Assembly (NCBI RefSeq): GCF_902652985.1
Contig: NC_047022.1
Coordinates: 37,138,001-37,202,000, forward strand
Reading direction: 5' to 3'
DNA length: 64,000 nucleotides
DNA from: Pecten maximus
Lineage: Eukaryota
The notes below the pieces were generated by a model. The model worked only from the letters and a program-made list of their open reading frames with translations, did not search any database and was not told where the DNA came from. Position 1 is the stretch's first letter, and the number at the start of each line of letters is the position of its first letter. Below are positions 35,511 through 64,000 of the stretch, piece after piece. Both the position numbers and the translations under genes were made by a program.

Positions 35511-37281
35511 TAGTAATACTGTATAGTTGGTAATTTCAAGAAGGATTGAATTTCTCTAATTAGCGGTCATTAAATAAAGCACAAAAATAAATACACAGCA
35601 AATATCTATATGAACATACAAAGGTATAGACATGTTTCCTGCTGAATATTTACAAGGCATAGTCGTGCAAAATTTAATACCTGCAAACTAGGTCAGCATG
35701 AACCACCGCAAAATATAAGCCCTGTATTGTACAGCTATACAATAAATGATGTCTGCTCTATGTATCGATAGCTCCTCCTCTCTATCATGAGGTAGTGATA
35801 ACATCAACACGATTGTCTCGTTACTATGGCAGTAACATTTTTGTCTGGGGAACTGATTGTTCTCATCAGATTCAATCCTTGTCTGTACAAGTTAAACTCA
35901 TCTAGTTCCAGCCAGGAGTATTTACACAGGTGTAGGAAAGAAAGCAGTATGTGTCAATTACAATCTAAAAGACACTTCTCTATGTCACACAATCAATGTA
36001 GTAAACAGAAATACAAAAATCTATTGTCAAAATTGGGAGGAAAAATTACAAAGATGATTGGTTCCACCTTGATTGTGTTACCCTGTTATATGGTAATCTT
36101 ACGCAAGGAACATTGATGTAAGCCAGCTCCAACTGTTTATAATAAACTGCAGCATGTTTTCTACTAATTATTAAAGATGATTTTGTGGAGTCAACACTTA
36201 ATATGAAATTATGGCGGACTTTAAGCTTGTAAAAGGGGAGATAATAAATGCAGAACAAAGTTAATATTTGGAGATAAAAATAGCAAACATGAAACGCTGA
36301 TCAGGATTAAATGGAATATAGAGAATGCTTTCTGGTTATATAATAGAATCTTAATATTCAGGAAACAATTATTTTCAAGGATGTAAATGGCTGACAAAAA
36401 TTACAGAAGATAACAATGGTTTTTATGTCTATAGCTCCCCCTCTTCTGAGCTACCCAATCAGAAAACAAGTTACAAAAACAGGATTTATATAATCTCTTC
36501 TGTAATTGGATAATGAAGCTATTAACTGGCCAATGGAAACAAAATAAAAAAAAAACTTTGGAGAGACTAAATCCACGTACGCGCACGAGTTCAGTCAGTA
36601 ATATTCACACATCAAGACCATACATTCAATAATACACATTCAAATTTACACAACATCTATAAGGACTTCACACGTATAGCACCATATTAAACATATTCTG
36701 GATCACATCAACCCTCCGAAAGAATGTCAAACAACCAGGGTCAGATCAGAGTGACCTTTTAAGATTGAACACTTGTCTTTAACAAATTATTGCATTGGTT
36801 TTTCTGAAGCCTCTCCAACGACTGATGGTTAATAATACCTGATAGAATCGTAGACTTCTGATTGGATATGATTTTACATTGACCCCTGTTTGAACTTGTT
36901 GGACCTGCATCACTGATTGTTGAACAATTTCTGACCTTAACAGTTTATTGATGATTAACTTTCTTTCTTCTTTCTAAACATGAACAATTTAGAAATGCTA
37001 AGTATGTTTTACTAATTTTTCAAACAAGGGTATACTGGTATAAATTGAGCTTTTTATCATTTAAAAACGAAAGTTGATTTTTACAGGGTATTAAATCAAA
37101 TGATACAAATAACTAGTAAAAAACAAGAAAGAAAAGATCTATTAGCCGTCTGAAAATTTAACAAAATAAATAAAATACTTCATCCTGCTAATGAACTGTT
37201 TAAGTTAATAAGTTTGGCCTGAACTTTGGTGTACATGGAGAGATGTTAGGAGTAGGAAGGATATTTGATATCTCCAGCCAA

Positions 37282-54399
<17,118 letters not shown>

Positions 54400-54488
54400 C
54401 TAAAAAATATTCAAGGTGAAATCTTATTAGGTGTCAATTCACAAATATTACAATACACAAAAAAACAGTGGATGAGTAAAGGTCTCAA

Positions 54489-54756
54489 GTCAAAAGTTAC
54501 AGCAGTTGATAAGTATAGGTCTCCAGTCAAAAGTTACAGCAGTTGATAAGTATAGATCTAGTCAAAAGTTACAGCAGTTGATAAGTATAGGTCTCCAGTC
54601 AAAAGTTACAGCAGTTGATAAGTATAGGTCTCTAGTCAAAAGTTACAGCAGTTGACAAATATAGGTCTCTAGTCAAAAGTTACAGCAGTTGACAAATATA
54701 GGTCTCTAGTCAAAAGTTAGAACAGTTGATAAGTATAGGTCTCCAGTCAAAAGTTA
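54489..54756. repeat. 37-bp minisatellite (about 7 units)
   Basis: AGTCAAAAGTTACAGCAGTTGATAAGTATAGGTCTCC. Confidence 0.9.
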
Positions 54757-57700
54757 CCAAGAGTCGTAGACAATTGCATGGTACAATAGTTTTGTGATGA
54801 TCAGAGCCCTACGTTTAAAACTGTAAATATAAATAATGTCCAGTGGAAAATGTGTTCAGTTTTATTGGAGAAGGTTCGGTTTTGAGAATTAAAGTGATTC
54901 ATTTTGACCGGTCAGGATCCGGAGATAACATTGATCGGATGACATTTTGTATCTTTGGAGCAGTGTTAATATTATGGAAGTTAATGAATAAAAAAATGAA
55001 GTATTTATAAACACTTAAATATTTGAATAAGTTATACTACTGATTGCAAACCTATGCCATAATGATATAATTTCACTTGCTGTCATTGATTGGCATTGAC
55101 CTGCATCCTGCTGGTCACTATATACTTGTATATTTTTGTGCTTAAGGGGCATGATATATAAGGGGTACCTATTTCATTCCAAACTAGAATGATTTTACAA
55201 ATAAAAATAAGAACAATAATTTCAAACATTAACCAGTTCCTACTGACCTTATTAATATTCAGGACACTGATATTGCATTTTAAAATGAAGCCTGATCTAC
55301 TATTAGCTTCCTTATTGTGTGCGAATGTGTCCGCTACGAAAATAACCCAGTCAGGGCCTCATGCAAATTAGATACGAAACTCTGGCTTTCTAGCTTCCTG
55401 TTGATAACCAGACTGTACCGCTTCGATGATACATGGTTTCAGTTTGACCATTTGGATTAGTACACATTTAAATCATAATGCTCCTCATTATATAGGTGTT
55501 ATAATTACCTACTACACATGTATGCTCCAAGACAAAGCTCACGACAACAATTGCCACAGGTGTTGAATTCAAAGTCAGTAAGGCCAGTTTACAGGAGTAA
55601 TTTTGGGTATGTTTTAATCGTTCTGAACACAAAATCTTTTCAGTATTCAGAATTCAGAGGAATTGGTATTGAGGGGGATCAGTTTCAGAAATTGCAGTGT
55701 ATGTTATTTTAACATTTTTTCTGTTTCAAACAAAGTGATAAACTGCGGTGTAAGTGATTTAATAACATCTCTATATCCTAACATCACCAGACAAGTTGAA
55801 GGCCATCTGTTCACACTTCTAACCAATTCCATTTAACAAGTCACTGAGACTACTCATAAGACTCACACACAAATCATCAAGTACTTTCAATTAAAGCTTT
55901 AATCCGATAACATCTAAGAAATCGAAACTAAACCCTGTACCACAAGGTCCTCAAACATGCATTCCCATTACAAGTCAATAGGTCTATTAAAATTCTCTAG
56001 GAATGAACAAATGTTATTATGTACTCCAGTCTGCCCAGAGTATATATAGGAATAGTTACACTAACTGAAGCCTTCCCCATGCAATGACGTCACTATAACA
56101 GCTGATCTTTTATGTCTGCTATTCCAATGAACATCTTAAAATATATATTAAACTTAATTTCTAATCCCCAAATACAAACATTCTTTGTTAATATAAGATC
56201 TTAGAAAAAGTAATCTTATTTTGATAAGACAGCATATATTACAGCAGAGGTGTATCCTGTTTCTGACATGTAACACATGTACACCTTAAACTTAAATTAT
56301 TACAAATTAATCTTCTACCAGGATACAAATACCAGTAATGTGTGTGTCTGATCGCAGTGCTTTTATCTAACTTCAAAGATTAACAGTCAACAGTGACTTG
56401 TTATACACTACAGTTTTGTGAGAAGTTCCCTTCGATACATATTGATACATCACCTGTACACATCGCAGATCCTTACACCTTATACAATAGTTTACATATG
56501 TTAAAAGCTCAGGCTTCAAATACATAGAGTGAAGAATATCTGTAAGCTTGACTGCTATATATATATAATTGGCATTGATACAGTTCTAGTTATATCCATG
56601 TGGTGTCCAAAGATTTCAAAATACACAGTCACACATCTAATATGTGGTGATAAGTAGACATCATAAATAGATATCATAAATAGATATTAAAGAACACGAA
56701 AGTCAGATGACATTGAAGCCGATACATGGAGCTGAGTTTACAGGTTGAGCTCCTTGTCAGATGTGTAAATTCTACGAGCGTAATCCCAGCGACAAACAAC
56801 ATTAAATAATCATAAAACTTCTTTCAATAACAAAAAATCTCCATAACACATAGCCAATTTCTATGTCATTGAAATTCCATGATAAAAACCAAATATACAT
56901 CATTCAATTACATACTACCAGGCAGATGAATTCTGTTTCGCTTTGAACCCCTTCCAATCACTTTGAATTACGTATACATATCAATACTATCATAAACATT
57001 GAAAAAATTGTAATGTTACAAAATTTAATCTTTTTATTATTTTTTTTTTTTAAAGAAACCAACATATTAATGTTTTTGAACTTCAAAAATGTTGAAATAC
57101 AATAATGTCATGAAACTGCTGTAAAATATTTTAGGTGGCAAGAATCATAAATTTAATTTCAAACTTGTACCTCTTTATAAACAATTTTATCAGTTTGTTC
57201 TTGAGATGCAGTATTACTGACATACTCCGTTATAGGACATTTCTCACCAGTGACAGAATTTCCAATCTCTAACCCTGTCATCAACATCCAACCTTCCCAC
57301 CACCACACGATAGCCCTTTTGATGTAAGTAGCTAACACTAGATATGTTATTGACAGAAAGAGTCATTGCCCATTAGCCAACACTAAAAACCAAGCAATTT
57401 CAATTTCATAAGTGAACAACATGACTTCAAATATTGACTTGTCTCACAGGTGAGTTTTCTATTGATTTTCGGTGTGTATTGACACTTGACTAGATATCTT
57501 ATGTCGGGGCTAACATTACAAAGAGCAAGCCCAGTTTTATGTTTCTGCTAATTGTTTATTGTCCCATTCAGCATGCATGTGCACCCTTCCACTGTGGAGT
57601 GGTCCCTAAGGGTCTGTACAATACCCTACCGGGTGTACAATATGACTCACAAAGCCAGCTCCATGTAGAATGAGCAGGGTCAAGTGACAGAGGTACCTTA

Positions 57701-57814
57701 CTCTCTTCTCCTAAAATTCTTTGGGATTTAAGAAAAAAAACACCAGGGGATATATACCGGTACATATTGGGACAGGAAAATTATGGTAATCCTGGGCCAT
57801 ATCTAGGTCAGCTG

Positions 57815-58085
57815 ATTCGAGTTAATAACTACATATTTTAGATTTTCGAGTTAAGAACTACATATTTTGGATTTTCAAATTAAGAACTACATATTTTGAA
57901 TTTTCGAATTAAGAACTACATATTTGGAATTTTCGAATTAAGAACTACATATTTTGATTTTCGAGTTAAGAACTACACTGTACATATTTTGGATTTTCGA
58001 GTTAAGAACTACATATTTTGGATTTTCGAATTAAGAACTACATATTTTGAATTTTCCAGTTGAGAACTACATATTTTGGATTTTT
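57815..58085. repeat. About 29-30-bp minisatellite (about 9 units)
   Basis: TTTTCGAGTTAAGAACTACATATTTTGGA. Confidence 0.88.
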
Positions 58086-60780
58086 TGGAACAGAGAACAT
58101 TGATATTAAGTAAATTGATAGACAAAGAACATCGTAATGTAATGTAAGATCTTTTGAGGTGATTTAGTGAGGCTCGTTATACCTATATATAGTCCTATAT
58201 TTTGAACTTTGACTCATAAGATACAACTTCCAGGTCCTAATTTCATAGACAATCCTTGTCTGAAGGAAATTCCTTAACTTAGAAATTTCCATAGGAAAGT
58301 ATGAGTGGATTTAATGGAAAATTTCTGTACTACCCATGCCTTCCTATGGAGAATCTGATGTTGATGAAACTGAGTTCAAGTTAGTTTGCTGTCATCACAG
58401 TGCAGGACGTTAAATCTAAACACAAAGCATTAAAAGCTGAATCAGCATCAATACAAGTATGTAGGTATTCTAAGGAACAGATAAACATAAATATACCGGA
58501 GACCTATTAGCTTATAATATCTAACTGGTTCAAAAGGACACCAGCTGTATGTCAGAGGAAATATTTCTGCAACAGAAAAGCTTAGTGACAAAGAAAAGTT
58601 TTGGAACGTACACTGAGGGAACAAATCCTTGAAATCTATATAATCTTAATATTTCATACACTTTCACCATTAACCAGGATATGTAGAACGCATTCCTGCA
58701 GCTTAACACTGCACCCCAGATATATCCAAGGTCCTACAGAATATCTCTATCTGCTGAGTAAAGGTCACAACCTCTGTGTGTGACCCCAAAATGGCAATAT
58801 TTACAAGACTATGATATATTAATCTAGATGTTGACTACATGACAAGGATATTAGAAGTAAAAGATATTAGGGTAACCGATCATGGACTTGAAAGGCTGGA
58901 ATTACAATTTATTTTTCTACCTGACTGAGATTTATCACTGAGAAGAGTGGCCTCAAGTACCTGGTGTACAGCTTAAAACATAACAGGATCTGTCCAACAG
59001 ACTCTGTCCAACAGACTCTGATAATGTCATGTATACCATATCTCCAGCAAACCCACAAAACTCCTATTACTAGTCATTTTATTGAGAAAACTTCTCCTTC
59101 GTCACAATTACTAAGTAGACCAAACCTCAAACTGTACACAACGTTGAGATGTCAGCCAGACTTTCAAATCATTTCTATGCATGTATATAAATATGCTTCT
59201 GACTGAGCTGTAAAAGGTGAAAGGAATGAAATAAATAAACTCATACTTCACAAGATATCAACAATGCCAGAACTTTGTCCGTATTATGACCATCTGAGCC
59301 AGAATGACCTGGATACACACAGTGTGGCTGTCTCCTATATGCTCATCATTTTACGCAATGCACTTGTAAATACAAAATGTACATTTTTTCTTTTACTGTT
59401 TTCATGCAATGTCTTTTAAAGGTCAATTTATATATAATTACTATAATTACAGTCTAAATGTATATATAATCCCAAGCCAAAATAATGAAATAAATTATCC
59501 TGAAGATACGAAAGTATAAAGTCTTTATAAAGAGTGTATACTTATCATAGTGACAAAGCCTCTATTGATATCAGTTTTAATGTTCTTTTTGACATGTCAG
59601 CATCTAAAGGCTTTTTATTTTGAGCTCAGAACACGAATAACCCACATAACATGTCCCAAATATAGTGTAGAGGTGTTAATTCTCCTGATGGTAGATCTGT
59701 GTACATGTGACGGATCTGTGTACATGTGACGGTTCCTTGTCAGTCCCTAATTACCAGTGTTGAGGAATCTCTGTGTTTGTTGAAGCCACACACTATCACC
59801 CAGGTCTGTTTGCTAATGTCCCCAGCAAAGAATATACCACACTGCAGTAGGCAAAAATCACAAGTCTGGTGACAATACAGGATTATCATTAGGTAAACGT
59901 AATATCAATCATCACCAAAATATTCATTTACTGATGGAGTTACTTGCCCTTGGATCTGAAGTATGAGATGGTTATCATTCTATTAAACAAAAATGAAATA
60001 CATATTTATATACAGGAAAAAAATAACAAAATTTGACAACCACTTACAAGCATATTTCACCCTTTGCTGGACTCAATTAGGAGGTATACATATATACCTT
60101 ACCTAAAGAACCCAGCAAAGGGTAAAAGCTACAAGTAAGTGGAATTTCATTGTTGAACTTTGTTATTTTTTCCTATAACTTATACCCACTCCATGTGGAC
60201 ACAAACTTTTTTCTCACTAAAGTAAAACACATTTATAACGAATCTCTGGGGACTGAGGAAATTAATTAATTATAAACTTAGTTCTCTATATGTGTATAAC
60301 GAAGTTTGAAAACAAAATCATGCATAATTCATTATAGGAAAAATCAATACAACTAATGACAGAATTATTTCTGGATATTATTTAATAGTACTTATGAAAA
60401 TAAACAGTTAAATGCTTCAGTCTTATTTGTTTGCTACAAGTCTTAAATATGCTATGGCCAGCAATACACACTCCCAGCAGTGATAGGGGCAGTGTGTACT
60501 TTTCGTAATTAAAGTCACTTGATATGAATACATGTGACAAGACATTGAACCAGAAATATTTATATATGTATACGTAGCTGAAAAACTATTTATTACCATC
60601 AACATCACTTTTCATGATGCATGCATATTTACAAAAAGGGAGATTTGTCATTAAAGTAAGCTTGTCCACCTCCAGTGGGTAGCAATAACCGCTGATCGTC
60701 ATATACAATAATGTACAGCACAATTTCCAGCACTTCAATGACATTTGCTGCTGAGGGATGAACTATTGGCCAAATATTTG

Positions 60781-62690
60781 TGTCCATCATTGTATTGTCT
60801 TATGAGGACTGTACAGGTGTAGATATAAAACTGTCCATCATCATTGTAATGTCTTATGAGGACTGTACAGGAGTAGATCTAAAACTGTCCATCACCATTG
60901 TATTGTCTTATGAGGACTGTACAGGAGTAGATCTAAAACTGTCCATCATTGTATTGTCTTATGTTGACTGTACAGGAGTAGATATAAAACTGTCCGTCAT
61001 TGTATTGTCTTATGAGGACTGTACAGGAGTAGATCTAAAACTGTCCATCATTGTATTGTCTTATGAGGACTGTACAGGAGTAGATCTAAAACTGTCCGTC
61101 ATTGTATTGTCTTATGAGGACTGTACAGGAGTAGATCTAAAACTGTCCGTCATTGTATTGTCTTATGAGGACTGTACAGGAGTAGATCTAAAACTGTCCA
61201 TCACCATTGTATTGTCTTATGAGGTCCGTACAGGAGTAGATCTAAAACTGTCCGTCATTGTATTGTCTTATGAGGACTGTACAGGAGTAGATCTAAAACT
61301 GTCCATCATTGTATTGTCTTATGAGGACTGTGCATGTACAGGAGTAGATCTAAAACTGTCCGTCATCATTGTAATGTCTTATGAGGATTGTACAGGAGTA
61401 GATCTAAAACTGTCCATCACCATTGTATTGTCTTATGATCATGAGGACTGTACAGGAGTAGATCTAAAACTGTCTGTCATTGTATTGTCTTATGAGGGAC
61501 TGTACAGGAGTAGATCTAAAACTGTCCATCACCATTGTATTGTCTTATGAGGACTGTACAGGTGTAGATCTAAAACTGTCCATCATCATTGTATTGTCTT
61601 ATGAGGACTGTACAGGAGTAGATCTAAAACTGTCCATCATTGTATTGTCTTATGAGGGCTGTACAGGAGTAGATCTAAAACTGTCCATCACCATTGTATT
61701 GTCTTATGAGGACTGTACAGGAGTAGATCTAAAACTGTCCATCACCATTGTATTGTCTTATGAGGACTGTACAGGAGTAGATCTAAAACTGTCCATCATT
61801 GTATTGTCTTATGAGGATTGTACAGGAGTAGATATAAAACTGTCCATCATTGTATTGTCTTATGAGGATTGTACAGGAGTAGATATAAAACTGTCCATCA
61901 TTGTATTGTCTTATGAGGACTGTACATGCATGTGTAGATCTAAAACTGTCCGTCATTGTATTGTCTTATAAGGATTGTACAGGAGTAGATCTAAAACTGT
62001 CCGTCATCATTGTATTGTCTTATGAGGACTGTACAGGAAAAGATCTAAAACTGTCCATCATTGTATTGTCTTATGAGGACTGTACAGGAGTGGATCTAAA
62101 ACTGTCCATCATTGTATTGTCTTATGAGGATTGTACAAGAGTAGATCTAAAACTGTCCATCATTGTATTGTCTTATGAGGACTGTACAGGAGTAGATCTA
62201 AAACTGTCCATCATTGTATTGTCTTATGAGGATTGTACAGGAGTAGATCTAAAACTGTCCATCATTGTATTGTCTTATGAGGACTGTACAGGAGTAGATC
62301 TAAAACTGTCCGTCATCATTGTATTGTCTTATGAGGACTGTACAGGAGTAGATCTAAAACTGTCCGTCATTGTATTGTCTTATCATTGTATTGTCTTATG
62401 AGGACTGTACAGGAGTAGATCTAAAACTGTCCGTCATTGTATTGTCTTATGAGGACTGTACAGGAGTAGATCTAAAACTGTCCGTCATCATTGTATTGTC
62501 TTATGAGGACTGTACAGGAGTAGATCTAAAACTGTCCATCACCATTGTATTGTCTTATGAGGACTGTACAGGAGTAGATCTAAAACTGTCCGTCATCATT
62601 GTATTGTCTTATGAGGACATGTACATGTACAGTATAAGCGTCCGTCGTCATTGTATTGTTGTACCAGGACTGTAGCGGAGTAGATCTAAG
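60781..62690. repeat. 51/54-bp minisatellite (about 36 units)
   Basis: CTGTCCATCATTGTATTGTCTTATGAGGACTGTACAGGAGTAGATCTAAAA. Confidence 0.95.
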
Positions 62691-63076
62691 ACATTAACCA
62701 TCTCTGATTGGAATTAAGACACACAGGCATCAACCCCATCACTGGTCCTTCTCACCTGGTACAACCTAAAGTGTGGCCGACAAGGAACATCCATCAACTG
62801 ACTAGAAAAACTTTGAGTTGGCGAAAGGACCGGTGGATAGTTAAGTTTTTGTGACATAACCTGTACATCACCTATTCTGAGGCTGACAGAGACAGTTCTT
62901 GAAACGGACATGATATTTTTGTCAGAAAAGACCCCTGCCAGGTCTTACAAATACCTAACATAACATTGTTTTTGTAGGTTAAACCCTACTTTGTACAACA
63001 GAATAACTTACACACTTCTCCTAAACTATCCAAATGGAATTATACTGTTCAAAAGTACAGAGGTGTAATTACCAGT

Positions 63077-64000
63077 GTGGAGTACAGGGTCCCCTACAGT
63101 GACGTTATACAGAGATGTATAAACGATCCCTTATAGTGGTGTAATAAAGTATGGAGTATAGGGTCCCCTACAGTGATGTTATACAGAGATGTATAAACGA
63201 TCCCTTATAGTGGTGGAATAAAGTATGGAGTATAGGGTCCCCTACAGTGATGTAATACAGTGTAATGTGAGGTGAGTACAGGGTCCCCTACAGTGATGTA
63301 ATACAGTGTAATGTGATATACAGTGGAGTACAGGGTCCCCTACAGTGATGTAATACAGTGTAATGTGATATACAGTGGAGTACAGGGTCCCCTACAGTGA
63401 TGTAATACAGTGTAATGTGAGACAGAGTGGAGTACAGGGTCCCCTACAGTGATGTAATACAGTGTAATGTGATACAGAGTGGAGTACAGGGTCCCCTACA
63501 GTGATGTAATACAGTGTAATGTGATATACAGTGGAGTACAGGGTCCCCTACAGTGATGTAATACAGTGTAATGTGATATAGAGGTGAGTACAGGGTCCCC
63601 TACAGTGATGTATTACAGTGTAATGTGATACAGAGTGGAGTATAGGGTCCCCTACAGTGATGTAATACAGTGTAATGTGATATAGAGTGGAGTACAGGGT
63701 CCCCTACAGTGATGTGATACAATGTAATGTGATATAGAGTGGAGTACAGGGTCCCTACAGTGATGTATTACAGTGTAATGTGATATAGAGTGGAGTACAG
63801 GGTCCCTACAGTGATGTAATACAGTGTAATGTGATACAGAGTGGAGTATAGGGTCCCCTACAGTGATGTAATACAGTGTAATGTGATATAGAGTGGAGTA
63901 CAGGGTCCCCTACAGTGATGTAATACAGTGTCATGTGATATAGAGTGGAGAACAGGGTCCCCTACAGTGATGTAATACAGTGTAATGTGATATAGAGTGG
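63077..64000. repeat. 52-bp minisatellite running off the window end
   Basis: GTGGAGTACAGGGTCCCCTACAGTGATGTAATACAGTGTAATGTGATATAGA. Confidence 0.93.

Noticed and set aside
60780-62675. LRR-like repetitive ORFs (IVLSYEDCTGVDLKLS)
   Set aside because: Minisatellite with period divisible by 3, frequent frameshifts, antisense within a probable intron.

Overview
Eukaryotic, AT-rich, intron- and repeat-dense genomic DNA. The SINE and HINE families suggest a bivalve mollusc, probably scallop-like (inference). Two convergent spliced genes: (1) + strand, 1-28576, at least 18 exons (5' end upstream of the window), a YMR196W-like GH63/MGH1-type (alpha/alpha)6 glycoside hydrolase; (2) - strand, 37282-54399 or beyond, a ZNRF3/RNF43-type PA-TM-RING-H2 E3 ligase with two apparent +1 frameshifts. 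Over 20 unrelated tandem arrays and several nested non-autonomous transposons (HINE/Helentron-type with satellite cargo, Crypton-like remnant, Tc1/pogo MITE, V-type tRNA SINE) fill the introns. Main signal: six of the 17 visible introns of the hydrolase gene carry minisatellites made by tandem amplification of the exon-intron junction itself (4 donor arrays, 2 acceptor arrays). These include about 115 mostly perfect AG|GTAAGT donors and one array that stays in frame with its exon. A tandem cluster of CTCF-like motifs lies next to a ZNRF3 exon. Exon boundaries and copy numbers were read by eye; copy numbers are approximate.
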